A program made the position numbers and the translations under genes. A DNA stretch of 64,000 nucleotides from Planctomycetota bacterium (GTDB lineage Bacteria > Planctomycetota > Uabimicrobiia > Uabimicrobiales > JABWCH01). Of the stretch, positions 1 through 8,693 are shown in pieces; the stretch's first letter is position 1; each line of letters opens with the position of its first letter. The notes under the pieces were generated by a model, which did not search any database, was not told the DNA's origin, and saw nothing but the letters and a program-made list of their open reading frames with translations. The stretch covers positions 53,059-117,058 of the forward strand of contig JAGOMP010000001.1 in assembly GCA_017993505.1 (NCBI GenBank). Direction: 5' to 3'.

Positions 1-1178
1 ATGCCTTGTTTTTTTTCTTTTACTATACTATTCATTACATCGACAAGTTCTATTTTATCTGCACCTGATACATTTAATAATTGAATTTTATGAGAAGCCA
101 TAGCACAATTATTACAAATTTGCGTATTAGCATGCATGTGACTTAGACATAAATCTTTTGTACGACATTCTATACATGTAAAAGCATCACGTCCTAGATT
201 TTCTTTCCCACACATAGGACATTGAACTTTCACAAGACAATTTAATGCTGCTTGGATATCTGCTACAACTTCTGCACAATCTTGGTATCGTTCAGCTGGA
301 ACTTTAGCAAGCATCTTTAAAATAATAGCTTCAATTTCTGGTGCCAGATTAGAAACGAATTGAGACGGTGGTATAGGAGTCTCTGTGATATGTTTCTCTA
401 AAATATCAAAAGAATTATCACCAGTAAAAGGGGGATGACCAGTAACTAAAAAATAAAATGATGCACCTAGTGAATAAATATCTGTTCGTGCATCAATATT
501 ACTTCCTACGCATTGCTCTGGAGCCATATATAATGGTGTACCTACAATAAGACTACTAGCATTCCCCTCATTTTGTGAGATTCCTTTTGCTAAACCAAAG
601 TCAGTGATTTTTACAACACCTTCTTCAGTAACCATAATATTAGCAGGCTTAACATCTCTATGAATAATGCCTTTTTGATGTGCTGCATGCAAACCTTCCG
701 CAGTTTGTTGAATAAATCGACAAGCTTCTATGGGGTTTAATCTGCCTTGAGGATGTTTCTTTACCATAGCATCCAGAGATTTACCAGCTACAAATTGCAT
801 TACAATAAAATATGTATCTAAATCTTTATCATATTTTAAATCATAGACTTGAATAATATTAGGATGCTCAAGTTGTGCAATAGATTGTGCTTCTCGTAAA
901 AACCAATCTACTGCCTTATTGCCTCTATTAGCTTTATTTTTAGCATCATATTTGGATGCTGTCAAAATTTTAACGGCAACTTCTCGGTTGAGGGATTGAT
1001 GCAATGCTTTATAAACACGCCCCATACCACCTCGTCCTACTAAAGCACGTATTTCGCATCCACCAATTACAGAACCAATAAGTTGTAAATCTAAAGCGGC
1101 AGCTTGATCTTTGCTAGAGTTATTTGCTGTAACGTCGTTTGCTTGAGCAGCTGTGTTTTTTAAATTTAATGTACCCAT
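1..1178 (-). CDS. Ser/Thr protein kinase (Hanks-type) with C-terminal Cys-rich zinc-ribbon; 3' end runs off the window
   Basis: Reverse-strand translation starts MGTLNLKN at 1178 and has a Gly-rich loop IGGCEIRALVGRGGMGRVYKA, VAVK, HRDVKPANIM, DFGLAK, GTPLYMAPE, then CPMCG...C..C. Not in the ORF track because it has no stop inside the window. Confidence 0.8.
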   Translation of the reverse strand, partial: MGTLNLKNTAAQANDVTANNSSKDQAAALDLQLIGSVIGGCEIRALVGRGGMGRVYKALHQSLNREVAVKILTASKYDAKNKANRGNKAVDWFLREAQSIAQLEHPNIIQVYDLKYDKDLDTYFIVMQFVAGKSLDAMVKKHPQGRLNPIEACRFIQQTAEGLHAAHQKGIIHRDVKPANIMVTEEGVVKITDFGLAKGISQNEGNASSLIVGTPLYMAPEQCVGSNIDARTDIYSLGASFYFLVTGHPPFTGDNSFDILEKHITETPIPPSQFVSNLAPEIEAIILKMLAKVPAERYQDCAEVVADIQAALNCLVKVQCPMCGKENLGRDAFTCIECRTKDLCLSHMHANTQICNNCAMASHKIQLLNVSGADKIELVDVMNSIVKEKKQG

Positions 1179-1211
1179 ACGTTTCCCAACCTGAAAAGAA
1201 AGAAATCACCA

Positions 1212-1703
1212 TTATAGTGCTATATAGCGTTCTTTGATTATCTTTCGTAAATCTCGTATTTTACGATAATAAAAAAATGGATCTAATTTATCAATTTTTT
1301 TTAAATATTGTTCTGCTTCTTTTGGGTTATTTTCAGCTATTAAAAGAGTTGCCATACTATAATAAATTTGGGGTGATTGAGCATTCTGACTGATAGATGC
1401 TTGTAATAATTTTTTGGCTTCTTTGAACTTGCCTAATTCTAGATAGATGCAACCTTGATAACCTTGAACTTCAGAAGATAAAAAAGTATCTTTTAAAATA
1501 AGTTCTTTTCGTTTTTCAAATGCCTGTTCTGCTTTGCAATATTCTTTTGCAAAAAAATAAGCCTCACCTAAGTAAGCATATAATTCAGCATTTTTCGGTT
1601 CCACTTCTATTGCCTTTTCAAGAAAGGAAACTGCTTCAGTATATTTCCCTTCTTCTATAGCTTTATATCCTTTATTTAACAGTGTCTCTATCCGAATACT
1701 CAT
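1212..1703 (-). CDS. TPR-repeat protein
   Basis: 163 aa ORF with repeated AxxYxxLGxAY-like TPR motifs. Confidence 0.6.
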   Translation of the reverse strand: MSIRIETLLNKGYKAIEEGKYTEAVSFLEKAIEVEPKNAELYAYLGEAYFFAKEYCKAEQAFEKRKELILKDTFLSSEVQGYQGCIYLELGKFKEAKKLLQASISQNAQSPQIYYSMATLLIAENNPKEAEQYLKKIDKLDPFFYYRKIRDLRKIIKERYIAL

Positions 1704-2217
1704 GAGTGTCCTTTTTTTCGTTTTCTATTTTTATTTTTTTGTTTACAACTATTGTTAAAGCCATTAATAAACGAATTTGAAAATCTTGGCTTTCAAATAT
1801 TCCCTTTTGTTCAAGGATCTTTTCAAACTCTTGAAAATTTTCTTCTTGTAAGTAGCAAAGTGCAATATAATTTTGTATTAGAAGATTTGAGAAATCATAT
1901 TCTGCAGCCTGTAGAAATGTTTCTTTTGCCTGATCATATAATTTTTTTTCGTATAAAAGAATACCTTTCCACATAATATAAACAGAATTTTTTGGTTCAA
2001 GTTCTAAAGCAGTTAATATATATGTAAAAGATTTATCGATTTCGTTTTTCTGTAAATAATAACGTGCAAGATATAAATAAGAAAACGAGTATTTTGGTGC
2101 TTTTTGAACATTTTTTTCTAACAGTCCAATTGCCTCGTTTTCTTTTCCTTGATTATATTTACGTTGTGCAGTACGCAATCGACAAAAAGCATAAAAATTT
2201 GTCAGCATATAGGACAC
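1672..2217 (-). CDS. TPR-repeat protein (possibly the N-terminal part of one gene with 1212..1703, see findings)
   Basis: 181 aa ORF with TPR motifs. It overlaps the downstream TPR ORF by 32 nt around an A7 tract. Confidence 0.55.
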   Translation of the reverse strand: MSYMLTNFYAFCRLRTAQRKYNQGKENEAIGLLEKNVQKAPKYSFSYLYLARYYLQKNEIDKSFTYILTALELEPKNSVYIMWKGILLYEKKLYDQAKETFLQAAEYDFSNLLIQNYIALCYLQEENFQEFEKILEQKGIFESQDFQIRLLMALTIVVNKKIKIENEKKDTHEYSDRDTVK

Positions 2218-2243
2218 CTACTAGCTAAAAGTTTAAAAATTAT

Positions 2244-2996
2244 CTAGCGTCCATAACGTAAACGTTCGCCAAGAATTTCTGGTAATCCAGCACTAAAAAT
2301 TTTGCTAATCGTTAATTCAATATCATATTCTACCCGATGAATCCATATTTTTTCTGCTTCTTCATCATAAATAGCACAGCAAGCAAGTGGATTTTCATCA
2401 CGTGGTTGTCCCACACTACCAACATTGACTAATGTTTTTATATCTTTGTCTACAGAAATTTCTTCAATCGTCGTTTCAAAACCAACTGTTGGCCCAGAAA
2501 CAAATGCAACTGGTATATGAGAATGTCCTAAAAAACAAACAGGAGTGTTTAATAATTCTAAGGAGAGGTGTGCATCAAAAAGCGTGACAATATAGTCAAA
2601 CATTTCTGGAAAATTCAATGTTCCATGCACTATAGTAAGCACATTTTCTATTTTTTGAACTAAATCTAAATTTGCCAAAAATTGACGTTCTTTTTCACTA
2701 AGATGGTCTCTCGTCCAAAGGACAGCTTCTTTTGCATATTGGTTAAAAAAATCAATTTTCAATTTTCCAGCAACAGCATAATCATGATTTCCTGCTACAA
2801 TCATACTGTCATAATCTCGAACCAATTGAATACATTCGCTGGGATTTGCTCCATAACCAACTATATCACCTAAACATAGGTATTGGTCAACTTTTTCTTT
2901 TTCTAAAACCTTGAGCACAGATTGCAAGGCTTCAAGGTTTCCATGAATATCACTATAGATTCCGTATCTCAACGTAATTCTCCTTGCCCCAAACAT
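2244..2996 (-). CDS. metallophosphoesterase (YfcE-like phosphodiesterase)
   Basis: Motifs SDIHGN, GDIVGYG and GNHD; 250 aa. Confidence 0.75.
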   Translation of the reverse strand: MFGARRITLRYGIYSDIHGNLEALQSVLKVLEKEKVDQYLCLGDIVGYGANPSECIQLVRDYDSMIVAGNHDYAVAGKLKIDFFNQYAKEAVLWTRDHLSEKERQFLANLDLVQKIENVLTIVHGTLNFPEMFDYIVTLFDAHLSLELLNTPVCFLGHSHIPVAFVSGPTVGFETTIEEISVDKDIKTLVNVGSVGQPRDENPLACCAIYDEEAEKIWIHRVEYDIELTISKIFSAGLPEILGERLRYGR

Positions 2997-3282
2997 AATT
3001 CGTTGACAACGACGTTTATTTTTTTAAGGTTTTCAAATAATTTCTACCTAAAAATTTGTAAGTATGTTCATGAATTATAGTCTATTTAAGAAGAATGTCA
3101 ACGAAAAATTTAGATAGAAACATTTCATGATGCTAAAAAAATTCAAATAATAAACTCCGTATTTTGAGGGAGAAAAAGTGTTAAATAAATTTACAAAGAG
3201 TATAAAATATGCATAAAATATAAAATTCAAAATATACATAAAATATAAAATTCTCTCTATATAGGCATTTCCACTTTAGCAT

Positions 3283-3320
3283 AAAAACATTGATGGATAA
3301 ATTATCCATCAATGTTTTTT
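3283..3320 (-). terminator. intrinsic terminator hairpin downstream of the lolE-lolD fusion gene
   Basis: Perfect 18-bp inverted repeat aaaaacattgatggataa/ttatccatcaatgttttt flanked by A and T runs, immediately 3' of the stop at 3323. Confidence 0.6.
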
Positions 3321-3322
3321 TC

Positions 3323-5932
3323 TTATCGATTCTTAGAGTCCATTGTCTGAACATTTAATTTTCCATGTTCAAGACGTAGCACACGATGCCCTTCTCTAGC
3401 AATGAATTCTTCATGGGTAACGATCACGAAAGTTTGTTGTAAATTTCGATTTAAATCCCAAATCAATTTTTGAATAGATCGTGATGTGTCTTCGTCTAAA
3501 TTACCAGTAGGTTCATCGCAAAATACAATGTCTGGTTGCAACATAAGAGCACGAGCCACTGCAACTCGTTGGCGTTCTCCCCCTGAAAGTTCATCGGGAC
3601 GATGCGTCATTCGTTCCGCTAATCCAACTGTTGTAAGTAAATCGATCGCTTGTTTTTGAAGTGCATTTTTTCGTTTATACCATTTCCAAAATGGAAAACG
3701 AATCATGGCTGCAAGCATAACATTTTCTAGTGCAGTCAATTCTGGTAACAAATGGTATAGTTGAAAAATAAAGCCCATATCTCGATTTCGTATTTTTGCT
3801 TTTTGACGTGGAGAATAACTATTTAGATTAATCCCTTTATGAAAAATGCAACCAGAATCAGGAGTGTCTAATAGCCCCATTAAATGTAACAATGTACTTT
3901 TTCCTACTCCTGATGCTCCCAAAATAACAAGAATTTCTCCTTGTTTTATTTCTAAGTCTAAATCTTTAATCACGTGTAATTCTTGGTGACCCATTTTATA
4001 TTTTCGAGACAAAGATTTAATAGAATAAAAACCAGGTTTCACACGTTCTAGATCTACTTTATCCATAGGTGCACATTTTCTGCGACGACGTAAAAATCTT
4101 GAAGAAGGAGATTCTGAGTTTAATGCTTCCACAACGTCTAGACGAGCTGCTTTAAAAGCTGGAATTGCACAAAAGAGCAAGGTCAAAACTAAAGTGGAGC
4201 AAGCAATAATCATAATATTTTCTATATCCACAAGGCATGGAATTTTATCTAAATAGTACACATCTTTTGGAAACAAGCGAAATCCCGTGTACTGAAAAAT
4301 AAAATCTGCAATGGTATTAATTTCAACACTGAACCAATACCCAAGAAGACTTCCCACAATAGTTCCTGTTAAACTAATAAATAAACCATTGAAGACAAAA
4401 ATAGACATAATGCCTTGGTCATTTGCTCCCACTGCTTTTAATATGCCGATATCTTTTGTTTTTTCTGTTACCATAAGAATTAAAATAATCATAATAGAGA
4501 CAACAGCTAGAACAACAATCAAAGACACAATAATTGTCATCACTAATTTTTCTAATCGAATAGCAGATAGGAGCGATTGGCGACGTTCTTCCCATTTTTG
4601 GACAGGATACAGTTGACCATAGATACTTTCACGACCATTCAACTTCATATCAATCATGGCTTTTGCTTCATCTGCATTTGCATAATCATCTAAAACAACA
4701 GCAATTTCACTCACATCATTTGTGATATCTAAAAATCCTAGTAAATCCTGTCGTGTTGTATAGACGAGATGAGCGTCAATTTCTTGCCATCCTGATTTAA
4801 AAGCACCTACAACAGTAAATTTTCTACTAAATGCTTTTAAATCACCAGATTGTGGATCTCGTTTGCCAGTCATTAAAGTAATTTCATCGCCTGTTTTTAT
4901 TTCTAGTTGACGCATAAGTTCATAACCAATAAGAACAGGACGCACATCATCAATAATTTCATCAGGATCTTCCGATGTAATTTCGAACGGTTTCTCTGGA
5001 TTTAAACTTCCCGAGCTACATTGCAATGATTTAGAATAATGTGCTAAATATCTATCAAGATTACGTTTATTTAAGGATTTTGACATATGATTAAATTTAT
5101 TCTGCCACTTTTCTCTTTGTTCAGGACTTAAAGGAGGTCGCTTTTTCCAAATCTCTAAAGGCAATTTTTTTTCCATAAAAATAATCTTATCATTTTCATC
5201 TATAGTATAAGCAATATATTCTTTACGAATGGAAAATTTATTTTCCACTTTTTTTGTACGTTCTACATAACGAAAGATTTTTTCTGTTAAAACTCGTGTA
5301 CCAGCAGGAAAAATCCCATCTGCTTCCACCTCTTGGACAGATCCAACAACCCATTCTACTTCTAAACGATACGATAGCAAAATATTATTTTCTAGCAACT
5401 GTTCTCCCCAGATTTTTTTTTCTTGGTATGCAGTCACTAAATAATCTTTTAATTTTCCAACTTCAAATTCTTTTTCCACATCAATGCCAAGTACCATGCC
5501 CCCCACATAATATTTATTCGTACCAATTAAAATCATACCACGAATATGAGGTGCACAAGCCTTCACATGAGGAACTTCTTGGATTTTCTTTTCCAAACTA
5601 GCGTAATTTTGTTCAGAAGTGCGAACATTCACAATGAGATGGGATAAAATTCCTTGCAAACGTTGCATAAATTCAACACGAAATCCATCCATCACAGATA
5701 AAACAATAATCAAAACCATCACACCTAAGGCAACTCCTAAAATAGAAAACCAAGTAATCGTCCGTCGCCTAATGTATCTCAAACTAATAAAATAAGTAAA
5801 AACTTTACCTTCTGAACACCATATTAACCAAATCAAACTCAATCCTATTAAAACTAGGAATACTAACCAAATCATAAGAACTCCTGTACATAACAATAAC
5901 TGATGCATGCTATTCTTGAGTAAAAAAATCAT
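3323..5932 (-). CDS. Lipoprotein-release type ABC transporter, fused FtsX/LolE-like permease (N-terminal) and LolD/MacB-like ATPase (C-terminal)
   Basis: N-terminus ISLRYIRRRTITWFSILGVALGVMVLIIVLSVMDGF matches the LolC/E start. An FtsX-type TM bundle (ILKAVGAN...) follows, then Walker A GASGVGKST, LSGGERQRVAVARAL and a Walker B DEPTGNLD in one 869-aa ORF. The true start may lie downstream of the first Met. Confidence 0.75.
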   Translation of the reverse strand: MIFLLKNSMHQLLLCTGVLMIWLVFLVLIGLSLIWLIWCSEGKVFTYFISLRYIRRRTITWFSILGVALGVMVLIIVLSVMDGFRVEFMQRLQGILSHLIVNVRTSEQNYASLEKKIQEVPHVKACAPHIRGMILIGTNKYYVGGMVLGIDVEKEFEVGKLKDYLVTAYQEKKIWGEQLLENNILLSYRLEVEWVVGSVQEVEADGIFPAGTRVLTEKIFRYVERTKKVENKFSIRKEYIAYTIDENDKIIFMEKKLPLEIWKKRPPLSPEQREKWQNKFNHMSKSLNKRNLDRYLAHYSKSLQCSSGSLNPEKPFEITSEDPDEIIDDVRPVLIGYELMRQLEIKTGDEITLMTGKRDPQSGDLKAFSRKFTVVGAFKSGWQEIDAHLVYTTRQDLLGFLDITNDVSEIAVVLDDYANADEAKAMIDMKLNGRESIYGQLYPVQKWEERRQSLLSAIRLEKLVMTIIVSLIVVLAVVSIMIILILMVTEKTKDIGILKAVGANDQGIMSIFVFNGLFISLTGTIVGSLLGYWFSVEINTIADFIFQYTGFRLFPKDVYYLDKIPCLVDIENIMIIACSTLVLTLLFCAIPAFKAARLDVVEALNSESPSSRFLRRRRKCAPMDKVDLERVKPGFYSIKSLSRKYKMGHQELHVIKDLDLEIKQGEILVILGASGVGKSTLLHLMGLLDTPDSGCIFHKGINLNSYSPRQKAKIRNRDMGFIFQLYHLLPELTALENVMLAAMIRFPFWKWYKRKNALQKQAIDLLTTVGLAERMTHRPDELSGGERQRVAVARALMLQPDIVFCDEPTGNLDEDTSRSIQKLIWDLNRNLQQTFVIVTHEEFIAREGHRVLRLEHGKLNVQTMDSKNR

Positions 5933-6273
5933 TCTTACTTTATAATCATATCATTATAATCATATCATTATAAAAATTCATGACAACATTGTCAATAATG
6001 GAATGAATTTTAAAAAAAACATATCTATATAAAACCATGATCATAAACCCATATTTTTTTTCTAACATAATATATAACTGTAAGCAAAATACATCAGCAT
6101 GGAATAAGCGTAATAAAACATGTCAAATTATGTAAAAAGATTTGCTCATAAAAGGTATCAGATTTTTATAAAACAAAAAAGAAAGGCTATCAAGTCTTTC
6201 CATATAGAAATATTTGATAGCCTTGTTTCCCAACAATAGATTAAAAAATGCAAAGCATTTTTTAAAACTCTCA

Positions 6274-7848
6274 TTAATGATTATTAGAATCTTCGCCCAC
6301 TCGTTTTAAAACGGTTCCGCTTTCTGGCTCTAATCCTTCTGTTTTATTTTGATCGTAATATTCTCTATCTTTTGTTTTAAAATCTTCTATTTGAAGTACA
6401 TGTTCATAGCTAAGAGCTTCTTTAAAATTTCGAACTGTCTCAACATTTAAATTTTCCACGCCCATGCTATTTAAAATTCGAAAATAAGCAACAAAATAAT
6501 TTCCTAGTGATAAATCACGTTCAATTTCTGTTTCTACAGTTGCTAAACGCATTAAATCAAGTTCTAATTGTGAAACTTCCCCAGTCCTTTTTGTGCTTGC
6601 TAGGGCTTTTTCTAAATTCTTTTTATGCGTATTATTTACACGAGTATCAATTTCTAATCGTTCTTTCATAGCTAGAAAATTAGCATGAGCAATGCGTACT
6701 TGTGCAATAATTGCAATAGCTTGTGCATAGGCACGTTCTTCTTCTGCATCAACTTGTTTAGAATATGCTTTATATCGTGAAATATGTTGTGGAAGTTTTA
6801 ATAAATTATATGCTGCACGAACACCAACTTCCCACCACGTTGTATGGTATTGAAAATTACTATTATTTGTATTAAAATCAGCAAATATACGAACATTAGG
6901 GAACATCATCAATATAGATTTATGGCATTCCAAGTGATTAATATGTTTTTGTATATCAATTTCAAAAAGTTCAGGTCGTCGCATGAGAGCGATTTGTTCC
7001 ATTAAATCCATATTTGGAAAATAAAAATCTGGTACTTGAGCTAGCATACTATGATCTACTTGAATTTTTGTATTTGCATACAGACCTAAAAGAGCACAAA
7101 GTTCTACACGAGAATTTTCGTAACTACGAAAATAATTGGTCAAGCGTTTTTCCATTTCAATAAGTCGTCGAGTTTCATCAAACGCTCGAAAAGGTGTAAT
7201 CACACCACGATCTCCCATTTTTTCAATAGATTCAGAATGAGAGCGACAATCTTTTAGAAGTTGTTGTGTCATAGAAATAGCACGTTGAGCAACAGCTACT
7301 TGAAAGTATACACGAGCAACATCTAATACTAGATTTTGCTCAGCTCTTCGAACACGTTGTCTTCTTAAAAAAATACGATCTTTTGCTTGTTGGCTATTAA
7401 AAAATGCAAGACCAAAATCAAGAACACTCAATGCTAAATCTACATTAAAAAAATTATTTTGTTTATCTTGGCTTTGAGAATAAGTAAATGTACCACCTGC
7501 ATATCCAAAAATATTTTTACTACTAGAGCCTGGAGTATTATTACGTTCTGTGTAATTATTGGATAGTGTTATATCTGGTAACATTCCTAGCAATTCACTT
7601 GTATGCATTTCTTCAGCCACTTGTTCTTCAAGCCCTAATACTTTTAAATCAATATTGTTGCGAATGGCCATTCGGATACATTCTTTTAATGTAAAAATTT
7701 GAGTTTCATCTACATTACTTTTTCGGGCACGTTCAAAATGTTGTACTGCATATGCTACACGATCTTGTTGATAATCATCATATGTTTTACAACTTGTAAA
7801 TAATATTAGGGAAGCAATACACAATATAAATATAAGATACCTTTTCAT
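6274..7848 (-). CDS. TolC-family outer-membrane efflux lipoprotein
   Basis: Signal peptide plus lipobox LILFTSC, 520+ aa, and a coiled-coil/beta-barrel repeat pattern typical of OEP/TolC. Start moved to the internal Met (MKRYLIF) with a GAGGGG RBS; the longer ORF reaches 7896. Confidence 0.65.
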   Translation of the reverse strand: MKRYLIFILCIASLILFTSCKTYDDYQQDRVAYAVQHFERARKSNVDETQIFTLKECIRMAIRNNIDLKVLGLEEQVAEEMHTSELLGMLPDITLSNNYTERNNTPGSSSKNIFGYAGGTFTYSQSQDKQNNFFNVDLALSVLDFGLAFFNSQQAKDRIFLRRQRVRRAEQNLVLDVARVYFQVAVAQRAISMTQQLLKDCRSHSESIEKMGDRGVITPFRAFDETRRLIEMEKRLTNYFRSYENSRVELCALLGLYANTKIQVDHSMLAQVPDFYFPNMDLMEQIALMRRPELFEIDIQKHINHLECHKSILMMFPNVRIFADFNTNNSNFQYHTTWWEVGVRAAYNLLKLPQHISRYKAYSKQVDAEEERAYAQAIAIIAQVRIAHANFLAMKERLEIDTRVNNTHKKNLEKALASTKRTGEVSQLELDLMRLATVETEIERDLSLGNYFVAYFRILNSMGVENLNVETVRNFKEALSYEHVLQIEDFKTKDREYYDQNKTEGLEPESGTVLKRVGEDSNNH

Positions 7849-8504
7849 ACACCCCTCTTGAAAAATATAGTGAGCAAAAAAAAATTTTTCATTCATTCGT
7901 CAATTTCAAAAATACTCTTTTATTCATTGGTTAATCAATGAATAATTAATAAATAATTATTAAAAATAAAACATATTAAAAAAACTTTTAATAAAAAAAT
8001 CTTTTAAATTTTAAGATTTTTCAATTATTTATGATTGTATTTTTTTTCATGTTTCAGAATGATTTAGAATATTGTAAACAAAAAAAAATTTTTGTCAATC
8101 ATTTATTTAAACAAAAGATACAAGAGGATATTGTAAAAGGCAAGATAGTATTGAAAAAAGGCAAGAAATTATGGAAAGACAAAAAAAATGCAATAATTCA
8201 TTCGTTCAGAATTATTACTCTATTTATAGAAACCGTGCACCTTACATCGAACTCTCATTAGAAGGCATCTACATATATTTGACTAATGTTCAGCACTCCC
8301 TCACACATAAGCGAGGTTCCTACAGTTGCTCGGTTCCCCGCCTGGCTGGGTTTGGAAGCTTCTTATTGTAAAGGACCAAACACTTCAAGCACCAAATATA
8401 TAAGAAAATCCTAAAAACGAAAAGATCTTCTTAAAGCTTCAACCCCACTATAGCGAGTTGTGGGTTACAAGACACCGCTACTGCCCCGTTTAGCACGGTA
8501 TTAT

Positions 8505-8591
8505 CGGAGAGAGAGGGATTCGAACCCTCGAGACGATTACTCGCCTACGCGCTTTCCAAGCGCGCGCCCTCAGCCTCTAGGCGATCTCTCC
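8505..8591 (-). tRNA. tRNA-Ser (anticodon GGA), long variable arm, CCA not encoded
   Basis: Reverse complement folds as acceptor GGAGAGA/TCTCTCC, anticodon stem CGCGC/GCGCG, loop TTGGAAA (U33, GGA, A37), an 18-nt variable arm and T-arm GAGGG-TTCGAAT-CCCTC. Confidence 0.85.
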
Positions 8592-8693
8592 TTTTGAAAT
8601 AATGTTTATATTATAGCAAATTATTTTAATAATTGCAAGGATTTTTTTAATTTTTTTTTAGTATTTTAAAAAAATGTTATTCTAGATAGATCA

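Noticed and set aside
4311-5601. Plus-strand ORFs 4311..4616 and 5254..5601 inside the lolE-lolD gene
   Set aside because: They are antisense to a well-supported long CDS and hydrophobic/low complexity, typical shadow ORFs.
8031-8371. Small ORFs 8031..8261 and 8171..8371
   Set aside because: They lie in AT-rich intergenic DNA, overlap each other, lack an RBS, and run into the GC-rich putative ncRNA region. Most likely non-coding.
8280-8500. Tested the GC-rich island for tmRNA, RNase P and 4.5S/SRP RNA signatures
   Set aside because: By eye I could not find the GGAAAGTCCGG (RNase P), GGUUCGA..CCACCA tRNA-like end (tmRNA) or GGAAGCAGCCA (SRP domain IV) motifs. It is left as an unclassified candidate ncRNA only.
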